Assembly: GCF_964355755.1 (NCBI RefSeq)
Contig: NC_092676.1
Coordinates: 749,788-813,787, forward strand
Source of the DNA: Antedon mediterranea
Lineage: Eukaryota; Animalia; Echinodermata
Direction of reading: 5' to 3'
DNA length: 64,000 nucleotides
The translations under genes and the position numbers were made by a program. This document shows, one piece after another, positions 1 to 11,300 of this stretch (position 1 is its first letter; each line of letters starts with the position of its first letter). The notes under the pieces were generated by a model, which ran no database searches, was not told the DNA's origin, and saw only the letters and a list, made by a program, of their open reading frames with translations.

Positions 1-3000
1 TTAGGTGCTTGTACAGAGGGTTTCTGTTTGTTCACATCTATAGAAAAAAAGTTGTACAGTTAATTTATTGTCTTGGGTAAATGGATAACTAAGAAGATAT
101 ACCTTTTAAATTTTATGTTTGCCTTTTGTTTTTGCCTTTTGAGAATTTAATTTATTTTGTTTTGCCTCATGTCACCGCTGTGTCGGTTTTGTTTTTCTTT
201 TGCATATTTATACGGAATTAAAAAAAAAAATAAAAAAATATAAACCTGACCTAAAAATAATTAGCTTACCACGACTGGCTTTTAAATTGTGTCCATTTTG
301 GGCTAAAACACATAAAAAGCAAAATATACTGTACTGTTAGACTTAAACTTCAGGACCACAATGGAAATAAGTTTGCCGTCTTTGTACTTTATTGTGTTTT
401 TATCCTATGATTTTATGTCAGAATAAAGTAATAAAAATGAAAATAAAACAAAAAAAAGTGGTAAATATATTTGTAAGATTCTCATCAAAGTCTCCTAGCT
501 TAGCAAACTATTTACAATTGTCATTATCACTATTTAACAGTCTACATGAAAAACAGTGTTTGCAAATAGTAGTGTTATTTATTTCTTGTGTCAGTGACAT
601 TACCTTTACTAACTGCTATGTCGTCATCATCACTATAATCAGACCAGTCTTCAGATTCTGATGATGCGATCACTAAATCATTTGACCCTTCTGTTTAAAA
701 TAAATAAAAGTGAAGAATGTCAACTAATGTAATGAATGTAACTAAGCTATCTTTTTGTAAGCATGTACTTTGTTTAAAGGCCAATCATTTCCACAGACAA
801 GTGGAAGCGGTAATAACAATATACTGTAGAATCTATGTTATTCCTTATGACCATTACACACAACGCTGATACTGTAGATAGAAATTCTACAAGGAACAAG
901 CTACACGATATTCCGCTTACCTTTACCACTCACATGTGTAAATTGGCCGTTATACTAATATAAACTTTCCTCAGTTTCCACTTTGCCCATTTTCCAATTA
1001 CAGTTTTCTTTACTTACCTACGTATTTGTGATATATTTCTGGCTTTACAAGATGAGACTTATGTTCATCTTCACTAGTTATAGATAGTTCTTCAGAGTCT
1101 GACGACACATGAGATGAACCATTTGGCTTCTCTGTATAAAAAGAAAAACCCTTTAAAATTGTGTTTGTTTTTAAAATTGCTTGCTCATTTATTTTGAAAT
1201 CTAATAAATTTTCTTTTCATTTATTTTTAATGAAAGATAATTTTTTTTTTGGATGAACTCCTTTTTATAAAGAGAGGAAGAAACGATTCATAACATTAAA
1301 TCACATTGCTTACGTTAAAATAGAGAATGAAATTAAAAACAATTACAGCGACTTACCATGGTTCAGCTTTGCCTTCTTTGATAATTTTGAACTTTCAACT
1401 TTACCTACAAAGGTCAAGAAAGGGTCAGAAGATATTTAAGCATGGTTATTATATACTCTAATATTAATATTTGTACCCTAATGCATTGTTCTCATAAACA
1501 ATGTGCCCTAAGGATTTCAAACCATGTGATTGATTAGCTACTTATGTATTTAGGAATTTGCCTAGATACAGCACAAAACCAATCTTACGTTTTAATGATG
1601 TCTTTACCATCTGCTTGAATTTCATGCTTTCATTTGTTTTATTACTTGCAACTTCTGAAAAAAAAATATGTGTAAATAAACGTTAATAAGACAATTCTGC
1701 TATGACAAAATGCATAAATACTAATCCAAAATAATTTGTATTTCCATCATTAAAACTAAGCGATCTAAATTTACCTTTTTTCTGAGTTTCCAATAACTTC
1801 CTGAATGTTAGACTTTTATTAGCTGGATTTGAAGATTCTGGAAAATTTAAATTTCAGTTTTAACCAAAAAATTATTGCAATTTGATAATTGAATAACTCC
1901 TTCAAAGTAGCTTTGCATCAGGGAGCTAGGTTAATGAATCAGATGTTTTCCCTACTCTGATGTGATTGTACTTTATGCAAAGTAAATTTAAGAAAACAAC
2001 ATTTTCTCTCTGGTGGGATTCAAATCCACGCGACCAGAGTGGGGCAAACAAATGAATAAACCAAATGTTATTATAAATATATATAAAAAAAAATTAGTTT
2101 TCACTTTGTGTTGATGGTTTCGGTAATTTTGGTTGATTAAGTACCACAGTACCATCATTAGTTGAACCTGTCTGTGGGGTTTCTGAAAAAAAAAATTTGC
2201 TATTTTGTTTTCGGTACATATTTATGCATATACACCCTTTAATAATTTGAAATAATTGTCCTGTTCTCCGATTCATTTGTTGTTCAAAGTATGTGCAGTT
2301 AATAATTGACAACGATAATGATCATTACTTACTAAGAACATACGCGATGTGACCCAAGTTACTTTTAGACGTTGTTGCTGATGTAGAAGATGCTTCTCTG
2401 TTTCCTGCTAACAAAAAGAAACAGTTAAAACAATTTATCTCGGCTAAGTAGTATCTATCCTAAATGAAAACTGCTTGCTTATTAATTGGTGAGGCTAAAT
2501 ATTTTCAAGAGTCACTAGGCACAAAGGGCACTCTAACTGGGTGCTTACCAAATGTTATGCAAGTTTTTAACGTTAATAATGCCATACCTCTTGTTAAAGC
2601 TTCCACAGCAAGCGGAAGCTGCAGAGTTTTTAATTTCTCAATCAGCGATTCCATTTTGCCCTCACAAATGACCCGCCTATGTTCAAGATCCATGATCAGG
2701 TTCCAGCCATCAACATACTCTTTAACAGGATCGTTGTAACACTCACTGATTTTAGCCACATCCACCTGCCGCAACACCATTCCAAGCATCACGACTCGTT
2801 GTCGATGACAGCTAAACTTTGATATCAAAATGTCACGAACATTCGGGCATGATGGAATCAACCGCTTAAGTTTTTCCACTAAGCCAAACTGCTTGGTTGC
2901 TCTTATGGTGTCGTATATCAGAGTGAGGTTACTGGGACTAAGATCTCCAGAGTCTATCAATAGATTCAACAATTCCATCATTTTAGTAGCATTATCCAGC

Positions 3001-3265
3001 TCAAAAATATTTGCTACATGGTCCCGATACAACACTTTTAGCCAGTTGATATATGGACGTTGATCATACCAGAGCGAAACCTCTGATAAAACATTCTTGA
3101 ATTGTTCATCTGTTATTGGAACTACAAGAAAAAAAGTGAACATATTATATTTCGGATGTGGTAGATATTAAAGTATATATTTTGTGTGTGTTTACAGAGC
3201 AGCTAGTATCATAAAATTACACGTCAATAAATTGACTTTTACTTACCATCACTTGAACTCGCCAT
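1..3265 (-). CDS. Multi-exon gene for a tandem death-effector-domain (DED-like death fold) protein; 3' part runs off the left edge of the window
   Basis: GT-AG exons all join in frame: 3265-3247 (MASSSD), 3121-2588 (534 nt, two helical death-fold-like units, e.g. ELLNLLIDSGDLSPSNLTLIYDTI and GWNLIMDLEHRRVI), 2407-2333, 2182-2153 (or -2105), 1837-1775, 1654-1589, 1404-1357, 1131-1018, 690-604, 302-270, 37-<1. The DED call rests on pattern recognition, not an HMM search. Confidence 0.75.
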
Positions 3266-3670
3266 ATTGTTAACATACGTTGGTTACTCTATATTCACGT
3301 TTTCTTGTTTATCTCTGGAGAAAAAAACACAATCACATTTGTTTTTGTTATTAACAAATGCTAAGAAATGGCAATATGTATATTACTATTTCCTTCTTCC
3401 CTAACACAATTCTACGAAGCCATCGCAAGACTGCCCAGTTTTTCTTTCTGTAAATTCCCAAGCCACCATGCACGACCACAGCCGTGTCGTGATCGTGTTT
3501 TACCCACCACGTCCACGCCGCCATTATTGTTTTATAACAAGCAGCTAAATCAATTCGAGTAGGCACGACAATACTTACATTTATTACATTTCTCTCGTTC
3601 CCTAATAATACTCAACCCTAATGTCTTACCTTCAATCTGTAAAGAAGGTGGGAAGAATCTTTCATACTTG

Positions 3671-4034
3671 CGGATTTTCCATTTAAGTATTTATTGCAAA
3701 AATAGACGGGAAAAAACCGAGATTTCCCCACAGTTTTTTTTTTCCAATTGCAGTCGTATAGCGCCCTCTATATGCACCACCCTTATGACGCACTCATCTA
3801 CGTTTTCCCTACACAAAAAAGGTGTGGAAAAGTTTGGGAAAAATAACTAATGATGTAATTGTATCAGAATCTTGTAAAATGGGTAACTATAAGGCATAAG
3901 TAAAATAAAGATTATAACTTGTGAACAAATCGCTCATTTTGCGGAAGTTCCAATTCATTAATTTTTATTGCAAATGGGAAAAAACCCAGCTTTTCCCCAA
4001 CATGCTTCTTTCATCATGTTTGTCTAGCGCCCTC
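3671..4034. promoter_or_regulatory. Duplicated upstream module with kappaB-like, C/EBP-like and CTCF-like motifs
   Basis: Two ordered copies (3671-3770 and 3942-4034) of CGGAwdTTCC...TTATTGCAA...GGGAAAAAACC..TTTCCCC...TAGCGCCCTC directly upstream of the DED-like gene. Confidence 0.45.
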
Positions 4035-4858
4035 AATATTGTACCTAAATTGCAGAGAGAATTCCAAATAAACGTAAACTTGTTTATAAACAGTGAAATA
4101 TTAGTCAATTTAAACACAAGACAAATTATAAACACTGATTGCACATGGGCTTAGGAAACATTTCCAATAAAATAATGAGTTAAAATTCACTGTGACACAA
4201 GCAAGTGGACCGAAAATAACTGAATAAAATTAAACAACCTTTGTAATAATTATAATTTAATCATCAATCTGTTGTTATACCTTTTCATATATTTTAAATA
4301 ATGTATGCCCTACATTTTATAATGCAATAATCAGATGTAAATTAACTAATCTGGATTTCTGTCAACCACTGCTCCAACATCCCTTTTTTCACTTTCATTG
4401 TCTTATTTTGTTTGTAGTTGGTCTATATTCATCTCATAAGTCAACCTTATTTTCATATATGTATTTTATCATTTGTGTTATTATAATTATATAATATATT
4501 TTGATAAATTAACCAGTAAAATGCAGTATAGAATATAACAATAACAGTTATTACGACTCAGCTGAAGAGCTTTTCCAACTTCTTTTCATTTTTCTAACAA
4601 TTTGCCAAGGTCCTGTTTTACTACACTCAATAACGTACAATAATATTTGATAGCCTGCTTCTATATATAAGAATGAACCATTAATATAATATATAATACT
4701 TTTATATTACTGTATCTACCAGGAAAAAAACAAGACATTTACTATTGTCTTGCTAAATGACCTGCGCCAAGTGTCAATGTCAACTAACTCATCTTGCTAA
4801 ATGACCTGAGCCAAGTGTCAATGTCAACTAACTAATCAGCACATGTGGTTAGCTAGTT

Positions 4859-6773
4859 TCAATATGCAACAGCAATACATTTCTTGTACCATTTCTCGGT
4901 CTCAAGAATGTCCAGCATAAACTGGGCTACATCCCCTCTGTTGATCATACTTGAGGCACCTTCAACAAACTGACGTTCTTCTACTTTTATTTCATTTTCT
5001 GCCAAAATTAAAAAGGAAATACAATGTATCATTATCAAGTTAATAGTGACCTACAATGTATCATTATCAAGTTAATAGTGACCTACAATGTATCATTATC
5101 AAGTTAATAGTGACCTACAATGTATCATTATCAAGTTAATAGTGACCTACAAAACTATGCAGCTGAGTAAAACAATTCATTCTGCATACGCTCAGAAACA
5201 CATTTAAACTCAATAGATCAGCTGTGTAGCCACTATTGTTCTAAGGAGCAATTCCATTATGTTTGGGGATGTTGTATAATGGTGTATGTGAAAAAAATCA
5301 ATAGATATATTGTTTTGAGCATCAGTGTCCGTAAGCACTAACTGTATACAGTCAATAGCCACCATATGTGATCTAGTATCACGATTACAATGGACCTGTA
5401 CCAATAAAGAAATAAGATGTAAACCGAACCTGTAGGTGGCGCTGTTTTTAATCCAGGTGGCCTGACTGTAGTGTAATCTAAATCACTGCATTCCTTTTGT
5501 AAGAAGTCCTCCATATCAGCCATACTGGTTAGTACCCTTCCTAGTACAAAAGGTTTTAATATCCATTCCACAAAAAATGGTCCTGGATCTTCAGAATTAT
5601 CTGAAAAGAAACCAAATTCTTCATATAAACTTTGCAAGTAATATCAGAAGATATAGAGGGAGCAAATGTAAGCCAATGTGTTGTAGACTGTATGTTATAA
5701 GAACGCTGAGAAAATGCTACATAGCGGCGCTTTTTAATTAAAAACTAACATTTGAAAAAATAAAAATGGTGTAAGGGTTAGTGACCCAACAAATCCAAAT
5801 GTTTGAATTCTTATAATACTTACAAGATGTACACCATGATGTAATAGCAACTAGTCTTTTCACTCCAACCGTTCTCATTGCGGAAACAACAATTTTCATA
5901 GTGTCTTCATAAAACGTTATCTTTGAAAAAAGTGTTGGTTTTGTTCCTAAGCAAGACAGAACCGCATCACATCCGCTGAACTGTTCCACCAAGAAATCTT
6001 GATTATAGATATCACCTTCAGCTACCTACAATAAAGAATATATCATTGATATAAAATCATAGCAACCATGAATCTTCCAAACCTTAAAACTAGTGCATGT
6101 GCTAATATTTGTCTTTTAAAATGTTACTATTCAATATGAAATGTTACTATACTGTACTATTGTTTTTACTAATCTACTGAATTAAAGATGGTGCCAATTT
6201 GCATTTTAATGACTGGTACACAAAGTCAACAAAGACAGATTTTTAACAACTGATTGATTGCAATACCGATAAACAAATTGCATAAACATACATTACATGA
6301 TGATGATATTAATAATTTATTTATTGACCCAGTCACATAATGACATATGTCAACTGAATCTGTTTCTTGATCTTTCTGAACCAGTGTAAATCATAAATGT
6401 ATGATTGTGATAGATTACTAGGCCTAATAGTAATATTAATTATAAAAAAGTATAAATACTATAAAACAATGTTCTGATCAAACTATTAATAGCTATAGTT
6501 CCCATTATACACGACAGTGTATACAACAACAGTAGTAATATAGCCTGCGTACTATTAATTATTAAGTTACAGTAGACCTAGGGCTAGGCCTGCAAAGGCT
6601 AGGCTTGGTTGGGCTAGGCCTCCTCACGTCTCACTCACGTTCAGCCGCTCGTGTTGCAACTGCACTTTCTGCGGGCTTCTCACTGGTACCACAACAGTGT
6701 GTCCCCTTTCTATGGCCAACTGGGTAAGTAATACGCCCGTTGGCCCTGTAGCTCCTAGCACTGCTAACTTCAT
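4859..6773 (-). CDS. BLVRB: Flavin reductase (NADPH) / biliverdin reductase B-like NAD(P)-binding protein, copy 1 (215 aa)
   Basis: Exons 6773-6639, 6025-5824, 5600-5430 and 4998-4859 (TGA) splice in frame. Rossmann motif MKLAVLGATGPTG, plus DAVLSCLG, GVKRLV, DYTTVRPPGL and INRGDVAQFML, all typical of the BLVRB/NAD_binding_10 family. Confidence 0.9.
5020..5152. repeat. Minisatellite, ~32-bp unit, 4 copies, in BLVRB-like copy 1 intron 3
   Basis: TACAATGTATCATTATCAAGTTAATAGTGACC in tandem. Confidence 0.9.
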
Positions 6774-8153
6774 ATTTGAAATGTATAAATCAAAATAGAT
6801 GCCGTTAGATCATGACCATGCAAAAACAATCTTTGTACACAGCTTCAATCAAACACTGATCACTGATCATTGTAAATGAGAACTTTGAATGATGAGAGGC
6901 ACGTGACTAAAAATATGTCACAACAATGGAATAGTCCAAACATTTGAATATTATTAGGTACCCTGGATAAAATTTACTCTGCAGAAATGAGTTAGAATTC
7001 GCGTATAAAAGATTTGGGATACATAATATGATCAAACTTTCTATTGAAGCAGGTTTTTAATTGTTTATAATTTAATCTCTAACGAGACCACACCTCATCC
7101 TTCGAACTTGTAATGGTTGACCAATCACCACAGATCAGTTTTCGAGAATCTGTTAAATGAAATTTGGAAACATCACCCTCTGAAAACATAGCAATAATAT
7201 TAGCGAAGAACAGCTAACAACATTTTAAGAGATTTAAGACATTTTCAAATTAATATTACAATATTCTATACTGTATTACTTATTTATTTCATTTGTCAGT
7301 TCTTATGATGATTGAAAAAAAATACAAACATTTTATAAAAATTTCTTACAAGAGCATAATTATTCTCATGGAGAAATAAGTTCTCAACTTATTTCTCAAT
7401 GATTACATTAATCTGATGGCAGGTATATTTACCATATATTATTCAAAATGGCTGCGGCATTCAAAATATTTTATTTCCAAAAACTAGAGTATGTACATGA
7501 AGGGTAGATTAAGTAGAGATTTTACAACACTACAGTGCTTTTAACCAAGTATGTATCGATTTTATTTTAATCACAAAAAGACTATTCACTTAGATTGTGG
7601 TGAGTTTCTCAAGAAACAATGATAATGGCGATACTCTAGATTGGTAATCAATTATTATATAAATTCATTATCTTTTTTACAAGATTCAATATCTTTTTAA
7701 TTCATTGGAACATTTACATTGTAGAGAATTGTACTCCTCTGTATGGGTTGATCCAAATGAATTACAAGGTTTTAAGAATTGCCAGCACTATTAGTTGAAT
7801 AAAACCTGTTGGATGTGTATTCTAGGCTTGGAGTGTTGTGAGTTACCAGGCCCAGAACTATCGTATCAAATGACTTAAACTCCTAGGATGTGGATTCTAG
7901 GCTCTCATAGGATGTGGGTTGAAATTCTACGCTTGGAGCGCTTTGAGTTACCAGGCCTAGAACTATCAAATGACTGAAACTCATATGATGTGGATACAAG
8001 GCCATTTCATAGGATGTGGATGCTAGGCCAGGCAACCACTGGGTGACTCAACCTTTGTGATGTGCTGCAGCAGCAACCTAAATGCATTTTCCATCCAGAC
8101 AACCATCTTTCTTGTGAATCTGCTAGTATCAATGCATATCTACTTGATATCTT

Positions 8154-8245
8154 TTCTTCGATAGACACCACTGACTTAAAATCTTCTGTCACATCAGAAA
8201 ACAGGGCGTTGGCTTCCTCAATGAGATGGTCTGTGGTTAGCACAA
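8154..8245 (-). pseudogene. Duplicated fragment of PAXBP1 exon 10 with its splice acceptor, just downstream of the stop codon
   Basis: 8154-8230 matches 12916-12992 at 73 of 77 nt (HLIEEANALFSDVTEDFKSVVSIEE), and similarity extends into the intron with an intact AG. Confidence 0.85.
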
Positions 8246-8344
8246 CAAATGCATACGACCTACTTCGTCAGAATTCGCTAGCACCCGTCAATACATCTAC
8301 TTGATATCTCTATACCATGTTGTTAATCTAGTGACATCAGTTCA

Positions 8345-11300
8345 TCAGCTATCATTGACGATTTCTTGCATGTCCTTTAAACTTAGCTCACTCGTGATAT
8401 CAAGAGCGTGTTTCATTGCGTGAATATTCACCAGTAATTTTGTAATAGTTTTGATGTACCCTTTGCTTTTCCTTTTGTCTAGATCGGAACTTGCGAAGGA
8501 TCCCTTGTAACAAGTGTCAGCAGCGTGGGACAGATAACGACAGAATGGCTCCAATTGACGAATGGTGCTGTCGCCCTCTAGATTCTTGAACCAGTCTTTA
8601 GGAAATGTAGACACAATCTTAAAACAGAGAAAACAAGAAAACCAATAATATGGATTTTTTCATTTTACAACTAGACTAGAATCGTGTTTATTTCATGTTT
8701 TTGTAATGTTAATTTGATTGGAAAGCATAAAGCTCTATCTAGTGTGATGTGCCCAAATATGGTAGTGATATGCTCAAATATGGTAGTGATATGTCATTAT
8801 CATGTCTATATATGGACATAAGCACAAGGAAAGAGCACAAACCTGTTGGCATTTATTGATACTGTCCTCATTCACGTCTGAGTTTTGTAAAGATAGAAGT
8901 AGATAACGATTCAGTAAGCCATCTACTGCGATGTCCAGCAATGTGTCTTGGACTATGATGCCTTGCCAGTTCAACATGTTACCAAGAAGCTGCAATAGAA
9001 AGACATTTATTTTTAAAAAATTATTTACCTCCGCCAAGGAGGTATATGTAATCGGTAGCGTGTGTTTGTTTGTTTGTTTGTTTGTTTGTTAGCAGGATTA
9101 CTCAAAAAGTAATTACAAGATCTTTACCAAAATGAATAGACAGATAGATATGTGGTCAAGGACCATTCCATTAAATTTTGGGACCATTTGGGACCACAGT
9201 CCCAATTCTGGACCACTTTTTAGTATACTTTTTTAGACCTGCTAGTGTTAAAAGATAGGACAGAATTTTTCAAAAGCCAGCGAGCAGTCTTAAAGTAACA
9301 AGTAAACTGAAATTGCATTTTCTCGAGAACTACTTGTCCAAAAAACTTCATTTTTTAACAAGAGGCAAGAGTTATAATTTGTGATTTGTAATTTTAAAAC
9401 ATAATTTGATTTAATGTGCACGTTTTTTGATGCGAGTAGTTTAAAAAACCTATTTCTTTTCAAATTCACTCGTTTGATTTTCGCGTTGCTGTTCTATTGT
9501 TAGTCAACTGAAGCTATTGTTAATTGAAAGGCTTGTTACATAACCATTACACCAAACTCGCATACACATGCTTGTAATGAAATTAGCCTAAATCACAAAC
9601 AGCATTAATACACACACAAATATATATATATATTTTTTTTACCGGAGAAATCTTATGTAGGAGAATTTTACAGTAGGCGGAGGTATGCCCTCTCGGAGTG
9701 GCTTTCTAGTTTATTTATTTTTTACACAGTTTATATAGATTTTATTTTTAGCTTATGTACCGTGAGATAAGGGTCACACAATTATGTTAGTGATTCAGTT
9801 CATGATTGTGCTTCTGCCTATTACCACACTCTCCTTGTTTTGTTTGTTTTTGCAATATTTATTTTTTTTTACAAAACTTGTAATTAAAATCAGATTATGA
9901 ATGAATTAAATGTTACAAGTCTTACCTTAACACATGACCAGAATTGCCTTTGTAAAAAGTTGAATTAAATGTTACAAGTCTTACCTTAAAGGGGGATTCT
10001 GGGTTTAAAATTGCTTTTAAATATCGTTTACTTATTAAATAAAAAATATTATAACAATATAGACATGTCAGAATGAAGAAGTAATAACGAGAAATTAAAA
10101 AAATTAAATTTCATATACATTTTAGGGTAAATTCATGGAAAGTCTGTTTTTCTGCAGCTTAGGGAAGCTCATTAATATTCATGAGATATTCACAAAATCA
10201 CGTCACCAGTGGATTCCAAATTCTCTCTCCCCTGTCAAACGACGACCACCCGATCATTGTGAAATACATTTTTTGTAGATTTTCTAAGCTAGGCCTAAAG
10301 TGTAATAATAACAGTAGTAGCATATATTTATTTGACATTTAATGAAATACAAAATTTAGTACAGATTACGGAGTCATAAATTATACTATTGTTATACCTC
10401 TATACTATAGTACAGATCGTATTATCGGCTTCACGTACAATACTACTCTAGGCCTAGCCTAATGGGCGAGAGCCATTCTGACTAGGGATTCCATGCCACG
10501 ATGGCTACGTTAAAACAATGGCGACCATGGGCCTAGCTAGCCTACTACTAGACGATTGGCCCATAAATAACAAAACCCATCCTATCAACCAAACTCCTAA
10601 ACAATCTAAACCTATAACGTTCTACAAAATCGGCTGTAAATATTGAAGCAAAACAAGGTCCGATCGCCGCCGTCCACACGTATGGTGTCCCGATCGTCTA
10701 AGTAGGCCTAAAATAAAATAGGCTTAGGCTAGTTTATTCTCCAAAAAAGCGGAATACTCATGCATCAAGCAAGTAGACCAGGTAGTAGGAAGGAGACCTA
10801 GCCGATCCGGCCCAGTTAAAAATTGAGCTAGCTAGTGTAGTAGACCCTATTAGTATTATATGCGAATTGATACTACCAGGCCTTTTACTATAGGCTGCAC
10901 TACACAAATATTCCAACTCTCTCATTCGAGCTATATTATCTATACCATTCCGGAAGGTCGAGTCGACCTTCAATCAAATACTGTACATCGTTCATGTTGT
11001 GATTATAGACGGGGTATACTCGACCCGACCAGTTTGGTATTGTTGTATCTGCTTATCACGTGACGATGCCAAGCATGGGCAGCAGAGAGAGCACGTGTAT
11101 CGTCGTCTCGCTCAATCCTCAGCAGGAATGTACAGTATACGTTACGCTTCATTGATTTTGATTTTTCCCTAAGTCGGTGTGAAAATCGGCAAACGTAAAG
11201 TGCAAACATATCTAATTTTTCACTGTTTTGATGAATTTTCATAAAAAATTGACTTTATAAATGGGAAGACCGACTAAAATTACATCAGATAAGTATAATT

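Noticed and set aside
921-955. Extra mini-exon of the DED-like gene (strong GTAAGC donor at ~920)
   Set aside because: The nearest acceptor gives 34 nt with an immediate in-frame stop.
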